Origin: the human T2T-CHM13v2.0 reference genome, Homo sapiens
Direction: 5' to 3' (one strand)
Assembly: GCF_009914755.1 (NCBI RefSeq)
Contig: NC_060947.1
DNA length: 64,000 bases
Made by a program: the position numbers and the translations under genes. The notes under the pieces were generated by a model that worked only from the letters and a program-made list of their open reading frames with translations, was not told where the DNA came from and did no database searches. Shown piece after piece: positions 1 through 17,263 of the stretch (its first letter is position 1; each line of letters starts with the position of its first letter).

Positions 1-1110
1 TTCATAAAAATTAAAAATGTTCGTGCATCAAAGGTTACTAGGAAGAAAATGAAAAGATGACCTACGTAATGGAAGAATATATTTGCAAATTATATATCTG
101 ATAAGTCTTGGATCTGAAACATATAAAGAACTCTTTCTTACTAATAGGAATTCTTTTTATTGAATTCTTAAGGAATTCAATAATAAAAATTTAAATAACC
201 CAATTAGAAAATAAAAAAAGATGTGAATAGACATTTCTCCAAACAAGAAAGATATACAAATATATTTTCCAAAGATATATAAATGGCCAACAAGTACATG
301 AAAAGATGCTCAACATCACCAGTTGGCAGGGAAATACAACTCAAAACCATAATGAGATGCCATTTCACACCCACTAGAATGGCTAGAATGAAAAATTCAA
401 TTCAGATAATAACACGCATTGGCAAGGTTGTGGAGAAATTGGAACACCCATACACTGCTGGTGGTGCCCCCATACATTGCTGGTGTTAAAGTGGTCCAGC
501 CACTTTGGAAAACAGTCTAGCAGTGCCTCAAAAGGTTAAATATATAACGGCCATTTGACCCAACAATTCCACTCCTAGGTATATATCCCAGAGAAATAAA
601 AACATATATCTGCCCCAAAACTTATACACAAATGTTCACAGCAGTATTATTCACAATAGCCAAAAGGTGGAAACAACCCAAATATCCATTAACTGATGAA
701 TGGATAAAATGTGGTATAGTCATGCAATGGACAGTCAGTAGCAAAAAGGATGAAATTCTGATACATGCTACAACATGAATGAACCTTGAAAACATTATAA
801 TGAGTACAAGAAGTCAATAAGAAAAGACCAGCTTCCACTCATGTGAAATGTCCAGAATAGGTAAATCCACAGAGACAGAAAGCAGATTAATGATTTCTAG
901 GGCCTGGCGGGCGTTGGGGGAAGGTTGAATAGGGAGGACTGGTCAATGGGTACAGGAGTTTATTTTTGAGGTGATGAAAAAGTTCCAAAATTTATTATGA
1001 TGATGATTGTACAACTCTGTGGATTTACAAAAAACGTTGAATTTTACCGTTTAAGTGGTTTAATTGTATAATATATGAATTATATCTCAATAAAACTGCT
1101 ACCAAAAAAG
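1..1110 (+). mobile_element. Old L1 (L1MB/L1ME-type) 3' ORF2 end and 3' UTR fragment
   Basis: Degenerate ORF2 C-terminus (KRCSTSPVGREIQLKTIMRCHFTPTRMA, ORF 283-489), L1M 3' UTR motifs, ends tatctcaataaaactgct followed by an A-rich tail. Confidence 0.85.
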
Positions 1111-1114
1111 AAAT

Positions 1115-1760
1115 CAAGTTCTTGATGCATGATTTTAAATAAATGACCCTTGAAAACATAGTAAGTGAAAGGAAGCCAGTCAAAAATAGCCACATATTGT
1201 ATAATTCATTCATGGGAAATGTTCCCAATAGGCAAATCCATAGAGGCAGAAAGCAGATCAGTGGTTTGAAAGAGGATAGGGGAATGGAGAATGACTGCTA
1301 CTGGGCGCAGGGTTTCTTTTTAGGGTGACAAAATGTCCTAAAATTGGGTAATAGTGATAGCTGCACATGCTAAAAGGTAGAACTTTGTAGTATGTGAATT
1401 ATATTTCAAGAAAGCTGTTATATAGAAACATAAAAATTTTAAATGATAAAAGTTATTCCTGTTAGGTAGGAGAAAATGTGTATGTTTATATAAAAGATGA
1501 GATTAGACACGAAAAAATAAAGGAAGAAAAGAAGAAAAAAGCAAGTAAGCTGATACATGCTACAACATGAATGACTCTTGAAAACATGCTAAGTGAAAAC
1601 ATACTAAGTGAAACAACCTTTGTATGATTCCACTTACATGAAATATCCAGAATAAGAAAATTTATAGAGGCAGAAAGTAGATTAGTGGTTATTTAGGGGG
1701 GAACCTGTTAATTGGTACAGGGTTTCTTTTAGGGAGGGGTAGCAATGTTTAAAAACAGAT
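1115..1760 (+). mobile_element. Two further L1M 3' UTR fragments in tandem
   Basis: Repeated motif series ccttgaaaacat...aagtgaaa...atagaggcagaaag...ggtttctttt at about 1145-1420 and 1550-1740. Confidence 0.7.
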
Positions 1761-4231
1761 AAAATAAACTTTAAAATGTTTAAATGCCCTTTTTGTACTT
1801 ATTATCTTTATTACAAAACAATACATTTATGTTAGCACTTAAAAAAAATCTTCAAATGGTAACTAGAGTAGCAGCTTGGGCATTGTGGGGCTAGCACCTG
1901 CCCTGTCATTATGAGCCTGTGGGGACTTCATATGGATATATTTGATAATGACACACTATAAGGACAATCTCATGTTATGGGGATTAAAACAGAACCCGCT
2001 CTAAGATGGCTTGTGGGCCAACAGGAGAGGAGAGGAGAGAGATGTCTGCTGCTTTTTACTAAACTCCTACTTACCTTTTCCCTATAAAACTCTGCTATCC
2101 AGGTGGCCCTGGTGTTGGAAGCAACGTAGTCTGCTTTATAAAACAGCAGTCCAGCAGAAAATTACTGTGACTCTCTAGATAAACACTTAATGGATATATA
2201 TATGATTGATCCAGCATTGAGAATGTAATGTTTCCAGACATCTCTATATACACGCATACGCTCAGTATGCACATATAACACGCTTTCATTCACTGCTGCT
2301 CTATGATCTACTGGCTCAAATCAGGTTCAGAACCAGTGTAGCATCTGTGACTACCTTGCCTCCTCTGCTTTTTGCAGAAAAAGTGAGAGGAAATCTTGGG
2401 CTATGAGTGGGCTTAGAAATGTCTCTCATTTCCATGCTGTGCATTAACCAAAGTGAAATGGTTGAATTGGCTCTATAGTGCCAAGCCCTCCCTGATCAAA
2501 AGATTAAATTAGCACCAGTTGTGGCCAAGTCTGTCAGAAATGAAAACTCTTGTCCACTTAACATATCTTGTGCTCATTGATCTGTTCCCTGGAGGCGAAA
2601 ATAAAAATAAAAATAAAAACTCCCAAACAAAATCTCAGCCTTAATTAAGGGCAGTGAAGTATATTATTACAACAGCACTCATTAAGAAATCAAATGAAGG
2701 AACGGGATTTGTCCATTCCATCAGATACGGCTTAATACAGTCTTGGAAATAGATGCTGGTCCTATGGTACAGGCCAGGGGAAGGCTGGTCATAAGTTTCG
2801 TTATGACTAATTGCTTCAGTGAATGAAAAAAGCTGATCTCCCTTCTCCGGAGTGACATTTTCCAGGGTTTCTTCCCCTAGCACATTAAGCAGAAGACTGA
2901 GACCAGGGGTGATCTTCAGGCCCCCTAAGTTATATTATTTGAATTTCCTTGCACACAAAAAAATCCCCCCCTTCTCTCTCTCTCTCTCTCTCAGGTTCAC
3001 ATGTGCACACACTTCTGGAAAGGAAGGAACAAGTAAAAGGGAGAAATGTAGAACTTTAGCAGAGATAGTAAACCTGAATGCCCCTCCCTGACCTCCCCCT
3101 GGGTTTTAGCAGGGCTAGTCTTAGTCTTACTGAACACTGCAAGGCAATGGGCTATAATAGTATTACTTGTGAGGTACTACATAAGCCCCTCTTTCAAAAC
3201 CGTCTGCCCTACTCCCAGCAAGACTACTTGAAATTCCTTACACTGGATGCACTCATGAAGGTTGTTCTTAAGGAGCCATATATGATAACTATCAGGCCAT
3301 TATGTTATAGAATGTATTGGGGGAGATATTGGGGACAGTATAACATGTCAGCTAACTGCCTCATTCCCTCAAGGCTTTGCCTGGTTGGAGCGGGCAGCAG
3401 GACTGGTGAGCTCTGTGGGGAGTCCAGATAAGTCTGGCATTTAAGGCCAGAAGAACAGGCCTAAGCAGAACTTCATAGAGGGGGATCTGATTGATCCAGA
3501 GACAGCTGGGAATCCTAGGTGTCCAGATAGCACAATAGGATGTGGAAATTTGGGCACTGCAGATGAATATCTGAACAGCGGTGGCAGTGGTAGCTGGAAA
3601 CAGTCTTCCCCATGCCCCCTGTGACTATAGCATTTCCCCTAGTCTCCTGAAATGGAGGGAGAAAGGGATCTGGGCTGTTTGCTTGCATGTGTGTTTTTAC
3701 AGCAACACAGTGATCTCATGCTCATGACCCACCCCACTCCCAGCTAGATAGCTTTACTATAGGAGGCTTTCATCACTTGTTATGAGATCTTGGCTAGATC
3801 GGTAGTCTGAGAGCCAGGCAAGCAAACCAGACCAAGCCTCCTGAATGACGTAGGCCCTTCTTACCAGATCAAACAGGCCTTCAGCTCCTCATTGGCTGCA
3901 GGCCCCACATCTCAAGTTATTTTAGTTGCGACAGGCAGGGCTTCCCTGAATATCTGCACCCTCTTATTCAGTGCTCTCGGGAAGTGGGGTATGCATTTGC
4001 CATGCTCCAACCCACTGAGATGTGCAGCTCAGACAACAAACATGCATATGCACACAGAGAAAAGCACCACCCCCCTCCCCCGGACATGACTGCATTGGCA
4101 ATGGCTGCAAGCCTGGCCCCCACAGGTGGGGACTCTTGGTGTCCCTGGTGATTTGGCTGCCGAAAGGTGACCTAGATCCAACTGCCTGCCTCTTCCCCTG
4201 TCCCCATCACTCTCCACCGCATCTGAGCTCA

Positions 4232-4471
<240 letters not shown>

Positions 4472-5105
4472 TCATGAGAGGAAAGAGGACCATGATCCCA
4501 CCCAGGTGTCCTGCAGAGCTTGGACTCAACCCCAATGCTGACAGCACCCTTCAACATTCATTTGATTAGTCGTCCCCTTAATAACTCAGTAACAAAGTGT
4601 CTGAGTTACTGGTAAAAGCAGAAGCCCAGGCCACAGCTTGTCATCTCTGGGCAGCTGCTATTCAGGCCAAACTCACTAGGAATTCACTTGCCTCTCAATT
4701 TCAGCTATTAACATATACACCTCTTTCTTTGTCCTAAGAAGTTCATTCATGTGAAGCAATGATTGAGGCAATGAAAGCACTTAGTACTCCCCTGACTCTA
4801 CCCCAGTGGCTGGAGTCATTGCAATCCAATAGGAGAGCCAAGCTCCCACATGTGAAAAACACTTCAGAACCCTTAGAAATCCAAGTCTAAGTGGCAGTTG
4901 ATACTTCCTAGCCTGCGTGCTCAAAGGATGCAGACCCAAAGAGTGAGTGCGGTTGGTTAGTGCAGTCCAGGAACACTTCCTTGAGGAAGGAATTTATGAG
5001 CAAGGGAGATGGCCGGGAATCAGAAAGAAGAAAGGGCTGCCCAGGCAAAGAAGCTGCCTGTGTAAAAGGCATGTCAAAATCAGATACCAAAGAGTTTTTC
5101 AAGGA

Positions 5106-5128
5106 GTGTGTGTGTGTGTGTGTGTGTG
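5106..5128. repeat. (TG)n microsatellite
   Basis: Direct reading. Confidence 0.9.
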
Positions 5129-5306
5129 ATGATGATCATTGTGTGTGTTCTTCAAGTCTTGCCAATTGGTTTGGATTATCTACAGGGCTGCTGCCCTTTG
5201 CACATGCAGATAAATGAGAGTTTGCTCTATCTATAATAATTACCAGGGCAGCAGTGAGGAGTGTGAGTTTTAAATGCCCTTAAGGTGCTGTCTGTTTGGG
5301 CTTTAC

Positions 5307-5649
5307 TTTTTTTTTTTTTTTTTGAGACAGAGCCTCACTCTATCACCCAGGCTGGAGTGTGATGGCATGATCACGGCCCACTGCAACTTCCACCTCCTGG
5401 GCTCAAGCCATCCTCGCACCTTGCACCTTGCACCTCAGTCCCACCCCAGTAGCTGGGACTATAAGCACGCACCACCACACGTGGCTAATTTTTGGATTTT
5501 TTGTAGAGACGACGCTCTAGAAACTAGAGTTGAGTTCTAGAACTAGAGTTGAGTTCTAGTCTCAAACGCGAACTCTTGGGCTCAAGTGATCCACCCGCCT
5601 TGGCCTCCCAAAGTGCTACAATTACAGGCATGAGCCACCACGCCGGGCC
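5307..5649 (-). mobile_element. Alu (AluJ-like) with internal rearrangement
   Basis: PolyT followed by gagacagagcctcactc...gagccaccacgccgggcc; non-Alu tandem duplication at about 5512-5560. Confidence 0.9.
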
Positions 5650-5650
5650 T

Positions 5651-5705
5651 CTTTAGTTTCTTAATAAGCACATATGTCTTTATTGTGCTTATTAAGAAAC
5701 TAAAG
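5651..5705. repeat. Perfect inverted repeat, 22-bp arms and 11-nt loop
   Basis: ctttagtttcttaataagcaca (5651-5672) is the exact reverse complement of tgtgcttattaagaaactaaag (5684-5705). Confidence 0.95.
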
Positions 5706-6060
5706 GGGAGAAGGGGGAGAGGGCTCGTGCTGCATTCTTCAAAGGGAAGGAATTAGCTCTTATTGATTTCACATGCAACAAGTGCCAACTAAGTTGTCTC
5801 ATTCCAAGTCTCAACTGTCTGGTCTCCAGAAGGTCTCATCAGCACAGCAATTCTGTGCTGGCAATGAAGGGTCCAGACAAGGGAGTTGCCAATGCAGCAG
5901 CCATCATGAAAGGCTTAATGGTGTAATGGAAAGCACCATCCAAGAGTCAGAAAATTCTGGAATCCTAGGCTTGAATTCACTATCAATTAGCTCTGTGACC
6001 TGGAGTAGGTCACTCAACCTCTCTGGGACTCAGCAGGAAAATTAAAGAATTGCACCTGAT

Positions 6061-6307
6061 CAGCATCTCCCAAAGTGTGTTCAGAGGGATGCTCATAAGA
6101 TTTGTTGTATGAGAAAGGGATCCGTAGTCCAGTCAATCTGGAAAATTCTGGATTAGACAAAGTTCAGTAGCCTGCTTTTCAACAAAACTTTTCTGAAACT
6201 TCAAAATGGTTATGTATATGGTGAAGTTCCAAGAAACCAGGCAACAATATTATCTCCCAATGTATGTAAGCGGAATGTCTGGCAAAAAACACTTTGAGAA
6301 ATGCTGA
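6061..6307. mobile_element. Non-autonomous hAT/Charlie DNA element (MER103-like)
   Basis: Terminal inverted repeats cagcatctcccaaagtgt ... acactttgagaaatgctg. Confidence 0.55.
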
Positions 6308-7298
6308 ACTAGAGTTCCTTTAGCTTTGAAATGCTATGACTTATTTGTGCACCGATTACTCCTGAGCCTGCCAGGGTAAAGGTTCCTAAACTTCAAGGCC
6401 TGCCTTAAGTCCAGTTTCCCACCAATCAGTGAAACTCATGCTTCTCTCTATCTTCTGAACACCTAAAACTTGGCTGTTAGCATCAAAAGTTTTGCATCTG
6501 AATGTTCTTAGCCTCCTCACTCATTCATTCGTTCATTCATCTATTCAACAAATATTTATTAAGGTCAAGTACTTACCATGTTCTGGGTATCCGTGAGAAA
6601 GAAAGAAGTTATAGCTCCCTATGTCTTAGCTACCGCCCCTACATCAAGGCTGTAGGCAAGCCCTCCTTAGCATCCCCCTTAGCAACTAGCACAGTGCAAG
6701 GCATGCAGTAACAGCTGTGTCCACTGGGGAGCGCAGAATACCAACACAGCTTGTCACTTCCTTTGACTTGAGACCACTGAACAGAGTCATCCTTCAGCAT
6801 ACGATAATTTAAACACTGGCCCTTATAAGGAGTTGATGCAAATTATAGATGACATAGGTAAAGAGCTTAGCATATGATCTGGCATGTAGTAAGTGTTCAA
6901 TAAATGTGAGCTAGTGTTAGGGACTCAGTAATTACTTGTTTATCAGGGCTGGATTCAATTCTATCTCATTAGAAGCAGCCCCATATCTATAACTGAATAG
7001 TGAACTGTACAATATGCATAATTGGAGGCAGAAGCCAGCATGGAGTAGAGCAACGAAAGATTATAGAACTGTTTGCTTGATAATTGCTGCTTAAGTAATT
7101 TCTGTTTTGGATGACTTGGGCAATTTCTTATCTACTAGAATTTGCCTATATAGGGGCATGGTTGGGAAAACTTGGCAATTCTACCTAAAGAGAGAAAGAA
7201 TAAAAAATGAAAATGAAATAGGAAACGTATATTTTCTGCAAGATCCCTTTTAAAAGTGTTTTCAGAAAAAAATAATTTCTACAATAATAAAATATTTA

Positions 7299-7941
<643 letters not shown>

Positions 7942-9453
7942 CTACTGTGCCCAGACGATTTATTGATTCTTGACAGGTGGATCTCATTCTGGCCTTCTGA
8001 AAGGGGAACAACTTTATGCTCAGAAGATTTAGAAACACAGCAATTGTTGCCCCTCTTGCTTCAAAATCCCATAGTGGAAGAGAGGAAAGCAAAGCTAGGA
8101 TTCCCTAGCAATTCCTGAGTTGCAAACCTGCTTCTAATAATCCAGCAAAGACAGGGAGAAGAGAGTCAGCAGCTAATAGCCATTTGTGACACAATCTATA
8201 AACACTGAATAACTGGATAAAAACATGTCTAATAAACTATTTAGGCTGTAATAATGAATTCAACAAACAATCATTGTATGAGCAGAAAAATTGTACATTA
8301 ACACATTTTTATGTTCCTAAATTAACAAAATGACTAGTGACTTTGGAACTGTAACAGGTGCTGAAAGTTAAGTATGCATATAGTCCAATTTCCCCCCAAT
8401 TTTCCATTCTTTTCTGGGCAGAAACAACTTATTTTCCCGCAAAGATTCAAAAATAGCTAAAGCAATGGGTGTCTCTTTTAACCATGGACCCTAGAAGAAA
8501 AAGAATGTTTCCATTCCATCCTGTAGTGTGGCTCTGAGTGTGGTGGTGGTATAGCTTTGTTAGCAGGGAGCTGGGGAGACACGGAGAGATGGTAACTGCC
8601 AAATATGGTAGGTTGGCTGCTGTTGCTCTAGGTCAGTGGCTTGAAAGCTGGATACGGCCTTTGTGACAACCCATTGCCAGACATACAATGTCAGTAGCAA
8701 GGGTCTATGTCTTCAGCCTGCTTTCCATTAGGAGACCGCCCTATCCCTAACTGTATCCAACACCCCCCACCCCCACTATCCCATGAATGAAGACGAGCCC
8801 TGGTCTCAGCCCTGGGAGTGAGATACAAAGCTGGGTACTGTCCATGTGCTATGTTGCTTTTGAAACCCTAATGGAATCTGAGATGGTTGCCATATATTCA
8901 AGTCTATAAATTTGGCCTTTGAAGCTTTCTTTTTTAAAGTGTGGTGGGGGCACCTTTCAATCACCAGCAGCTAAGCCCTCCACAGGCTGTTTTTCAAAAT
9001 CTAGGAAAAGCACAAAGAGTAGAGAGATCTAGACAGCAGGTATGGGTAAAAACTCACATTTGTACCCAGCAATGTTTATATGGGTCACCTATACACTGGA
9101 TAACTTATGCCATCACAGGGTACAGCAGTTGCAGTCAGTGAGCTGACAGCTGAGAGCTGACAGCTGTCTGGACTTCTATAACAAAGCCACTGATTTCCCT
9201 GTCTCAGCCCAAAGACTATGCATTCCCAAGCAGCAAGTAACTTTCAACATACTCATCCAGTCATGGTCTGCAGTGTGTCACATGCCAGAAAACAGCTCAT
9301 TGAAGGCTGTTTTTTTCTCCAGGGAAGAAAACACAGCTAAATCTAATGAGAAATGGTTGCCTCTAAGTTGTATATTTGCTTATCCACAATGCATACAGGC
9401 AGCCCATCTGAATTGAAATGAATGAGCTTTTAAAATACATCGCATAATGATGA

Positions 9454-10125
<672 letters not shown>

Positions 10126-11316
10126 TAACTAAACTTTCTTCCCTTTAACCTCCCAACAGCCACCTTATTCTCTGGCCAGCCCTGACTAGTTCTAAAACTT
10201 CTAAAACTGTACTCAAATATTTGGTCTTACAAAAAACAAACTTGAGAACAGAGAAAAGGCATTTCGTTGCTACCACTCTTCATCAAGATATCCTGTGCTG
10301 CCACCTTCTTTTATAGGCATCTGTTTAGTTCATATCCAAAAAGTCAATTGGTTTGGTAGTTGGGTTTGCTTTGGTGAGAAGGCCTTTCACTCATTTATTC
10401 ATTCATTCATTCATTAAATATTTTGGAGTGCCTAATCTCTTTCTCTCTTTTTCTCTCTGTCTCTCTCTCTCTCTGAGACACAATACTAAACAGTGATAAC
10501 ACAGAGATGAAGAAGACCCAAGCACTGCCATTAAGAATCTGTGATCAGGCTCTCAGCATCCCCTGCCCCACATCATGTGTGAAGCCAGGCCCCCAGGAAG
10601 CCACAAGGAGGTTTCCCTCTGTTCTTCCAGACAAAGTTTTCTGTACCATACACCACTAAAGAAAACTCAGCAAAAGAATGGAAGAACAACCCAAAGAACT
10701 GTTCAATTCAATTCTGTCTTTACACTCAATGTCTCACATTGCATCTTATGATTTCCTTTTTATTGTGTGTGTGTGTGTAAAGCTTATCATTGTTTAGTGA
10801 CATTTGCCTCCCTTTCTAATTATTCCATGCATGATCACCTATCACTCATAGATTGTGCCACAATTTAGGCAATGGATACACGAGTAAGTTTTGCCAAAGA
10901 GAATTTTTGTAAATTTAATCCTATTTAACAGAAGCCTGTGGAGGCATCTTTTGTTTCTACCTCCTTTTACTCCTCAACAAATTAATCTCTTTCTTAGATC
11001 TGAATTACTATCTACAGCAAAACCTCAGCTGAATTTGTCAGATCATGGTCTGTTCTGATTGGTTTTTTCTGATGAAGCAGAAAAAGCCTTAGTAAGTAAA
11101 ACCTGGTAACCATTTTCAAAGAAGATTGCAGGACCTCAGGCAAATCTTTGACTATCAGAGTTGGAGGTGCCAAAGAAGAAATTAGAAAACTGAAAAGTAA
11201 ACGTGACTGAGTCTAATGATCTGAACTTGTTTTCTTGTGCCTTGCTTCTTTGTCCTAGGAGCTAAATAAACACAGTAAACAAATCTAATTCTGGTTATCA
11301 AAGTTTTATTGGGTTA

Positions 11317-11439
<123 letters not shown>

Positions 11440-11569
11440 TCAGGGCGTAATGCAATCCTTTCACCCTACCCCTTATCCTTCAGTTATATTCTTAAAATAG
11501 CCTAGAAAAAATATACAAATGGAATTGCCATTACAGAGAATTATCCTTCCTTTAAAAAAGACAATGATT

Positions 11570-12185
<616 letters not shown>

Positions 12186-12345
12186 ACAAATGCAAAAAAC
12201 CTGATCTATTGTTTTGTGGGTTGGGGCCCATTAACTCTGGATGCCTATTACTATTCACGGGTGTGCCCAGGGAGACAAAATTGTTTTGATAAACACACAG
12301 AGCCATAAAGAAAAGACTGAAACATCTGACTACATGAAAATTTCA

Positions 12346-12642
12346 GGCCGGGTACAGTGGCTCAAGCCTGTAATCCCAGCACTTTGGGAGGCAAAGGCAG
12401 GAGGATCACTTGAGCCCAGGAGTTTTGAGTTGAGGCTGGGCAATATGGCAAAACCTCATCTCTACAAAAATTTTTTTTAATAGCTGGGCATTGTGGCATG
12501 TGCCTGTAGTCCCAGCTACTAGGGAGGCTGAGGCGGGAGGATCACTTGAACCCAGGAGATTGAGGCCGTAGTCAGCCATGATCATGCCACTGCACTGTAG
12601 CCTGAGTGACAGAGCAGGACCCTGTCTCAAAAAAAAAAAAAA
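12346..12642 (+). mobile_element. Alu (AluJ-like)
   Basis: ggccgggtacagtggctca ... A tail. Confidence 0.92.
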
Positions 12643-12649
12643 GTGAAAC

Positions 12650-13200
12650 TTATGGAGAAGAAATAAGTCAATAAAAGAATGACAAACTAGAAAACAATAC
12701 TAGCAACAAATATAACAGATACAGGGGCCAAATTTCTTAATTTATAAAGAGCTCATATAAATCAATAAAAGACAAACAACTTGGTCTAAAAGGGACAAAG
12801 ACTACAAAGCAGTTAGCAGAAAAAGAAATACAAATAATCACATATGAAGAGGCTCCATCCCACTGACAATTAAAGAGATAGAAATAAACATATCAAATAA
12901 GTATTGTCATCTATCAGATTGTCAAAATCCTTAATTTGGATGATATTACATTGCTGACGAAGGTGGGAAAAAATAGGGACTCTCATGCACTCTGGAGTGA
13001 GTAGTTCTAACTCTCTAAAGAGCAATTTGGCAATACCTATCAAAATTTAAAATGCACATACCTTTTGATCCAGGAACATCACTTCTCGAACATTACCTTA
13101 TAGATAAATAGTCACACTTGCACACAATAATATACATACAAGAATGTGTATCACAGCATTGTTTCCAATAGTTAAAAACGGGAAACAACCAAAGTGATCA
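12650..13200 (+). mobile_element. Old L1ME ORF2 3' fragment
   Basis: Degenerate L1 motifs (gagcaatttggcaatacctatcaaaattt, cttttgatccag, ggaaacaacc). Confidence 0.7.
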
Positions 13201-13278
13201 TGAAAAGGATAGTTCTCCCATGACTCACTCCATGTCATGCTTCTAAGGAAGCATGTCGGTTGATAATCAAACTTTTAG

Positions 13279-13637
<359 letters not shown>

Positions 13638-13699
13638 ATGCTTTCATTCTTGATGAAAGTTTGTGTGGGGGGTGGGGGTGGGGTGGGAGGGAGATCTGA

Positions 13700-14235
13700 G
13701 GAGCACCACAACCCAGAGAAAGGGTGCTATAGTCATCTGTGCCAGAAGGCCATAGAAAGGCAAGCAGAGACTTTGTGCCTATGATAACTCTCCTTGAGGT
13801 CTTGATGTAACTGAATGAACTATTGTAAAGTGGGGTTAAGTAGATTCTGGAATCCCCTTGCCACTCCAGATCTGCTCTTTTCCCAGACATAGCTATGCTG
13901 CCATTGCTGTTTCATGGGTGGGCTTCAGGCCCATCCTGTCCTGCTTTCTAGCTGTAAACCCCTGATGTATCTCCAGAGGTGGGGGGCCGGGGGGCGGGGC
14001 TGGTGACCACAGGCTCTAAGGCTAAGGAGAACTTGAGAGTTCACATAGCCAGAGTGACTGAAGCCTTGGAGTGCAAAAGGTTCCAAATCACCATGAGAAC
14101 TGACAGGGCTGTGGTGTCAAGATTGCTTCAGACCCACTTACTGAGATGCCCTGTGGTTCCCCACAATTCCCCCTCACTGCCACAGGTAATAAACCCAATT
14201 TGTTCAACGACAGGTATGTTCCTGGCTGAAAGGTA
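13700..14235 (+). mobile_element. Old ERVL-type LTR fragment (family uncertain)
   Basis: LTR-like 3' portion: aataaacccaatttgttcaacgacaggtatgttcctgg. Confidence 0.4.
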
Positions 14236-14444
14236 TTGATATTTTAAGTCACTCAACTTTTATGAGTTAATATTACAATTCTGCCTAAAGATGACTTGAG
14301 TCCCAGGCCCACACAGTGATCAATAATTACCCCGCTCACACACACATGGAGACACATGCACACACACACCCTCTCCACTCCAATAACCATACCGCCTTTC
14401 TTATCATATGCAGACCATCAGGAGAGCCCACATCAATGGATTTA

Positions 14445-14859
<415 letters not shown>

Positions 14860-15496
14860 ATTCAAAAGCTCTTAGGAAATTCAGAGGGAGAACAGGAGGA
14901 GTTTGTGTCATTGGTAAGTTCCTGGCCATCTTAATAAACACAGCAGCACCCCCACCCCTGCCACTTTAGAAGCCTTTTTAGACATTGGGGAAATAAACTA
15001 TCTTAGAGAAGCCTGTGGGAAAAAAAGCCCGTTAACCACAATGTGGGGCCATGGTAGGCTAACATTGTCATTGACCTACCACTGTCAAGTGTAGAAGATA
15101 GAAAGGGAAAAAAAAAACACTAAAGAGAAAAATATGAAAGATGAGGGAGAACAAAGAAAGAGGGCATCTTGGCTACATCTGAACTTTTAGAGCACTAATA
15201 GAATCATTGCATTTAACCCTTGAGCTTAGACTGTCCTGTCTGAAATTCTTTGTAGCATACTTGCCTTATTTCCCTAACCAAATCCTAAAAGCCCTGAGGC
15301 TTTTAGCAGGCACTCTGTTGACAACACCACCATCAACCAATCCAGCTGGACATGTGGAACTGTCTCCTCTCCTAAACAACCCAGCAACTACAGCAAAACA
15401 CAAATCTCCCCTTGAGTTCAAATTCTCTTCCTGTTACCATCCCATTCCTCTGCATCTCTTTAAAGTAAAATTCTTTAAAGAGTTATCTATACTTAC

Positions 15497-15620
15497 TGCC
15501 TTTATGTCCTCACTTTCTATTCTCGTGAGCTCTCCAATCAGGCTTCCAAACTGAACTGCTTCCAAGCCAGTCCACCAACACTGCGCTTGCTGAATCCACC
15601 AGTTCCTTTAACTTTCAGCA
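15497..15620 (-). other. KIAA1210: Candidate non-coding alternative first exon of KIAA1210
   Basis: Donor ggca|GTAAGTAT (GT at 15496-15495); no ATG in the segment; lies directly downstream of a promoter motif cluster and 4.1 kb upstream of exon 3. The 5' end is uncertain. Confidence 0.6.
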
Positions 15621-15625
15621 GCATC

Positions 15626-15645
15626 TGACGTGATTGGCCACGCCC
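15626..15645 (-). promoter_or_regulatory. GC-box/KLF + CCAAT + CRE-like promoter cluster
   Basis: Minus strand reads GGGCGTGG-CCAAT-CACGTCA contiguously. Confidence 0.6.
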
Positions 15646-15937
15646 TTCTTTTTGAATAATTTTATCACTTGTCTTCTGGAACACCACACTCCCTTAATTT
15701 TCCTCCTACCTTATTGGCTGTTCCTTCTGGGTCGCCTTTGCTGGATCTCTCTCCTCTCCCTGATTTTGAAATGTAGCACTGCAGGGCTCTGTCCTTGGCT
15801 CTCTTCTTTGTCTACAATCACTTCCTAGAACCTCACCATTAAATAGAAAAGTTAACCTGAGCAGAATTGCAAGCCACGTATTTTCAATTTTCTAGTAGCT
15901 ACATTTTTAACAAGAAAAAAGAAACAGGTGAGACTGC

Positions 15938-17263
<1,326 letters not shown>

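Noticed and set aside
9140-9166. Tandem gagctgacagctg x2 (TGACAG/CAGCTG motifs)
   Set aside because: A simple 14-bp slippage duplication with no supporting evidence of function.
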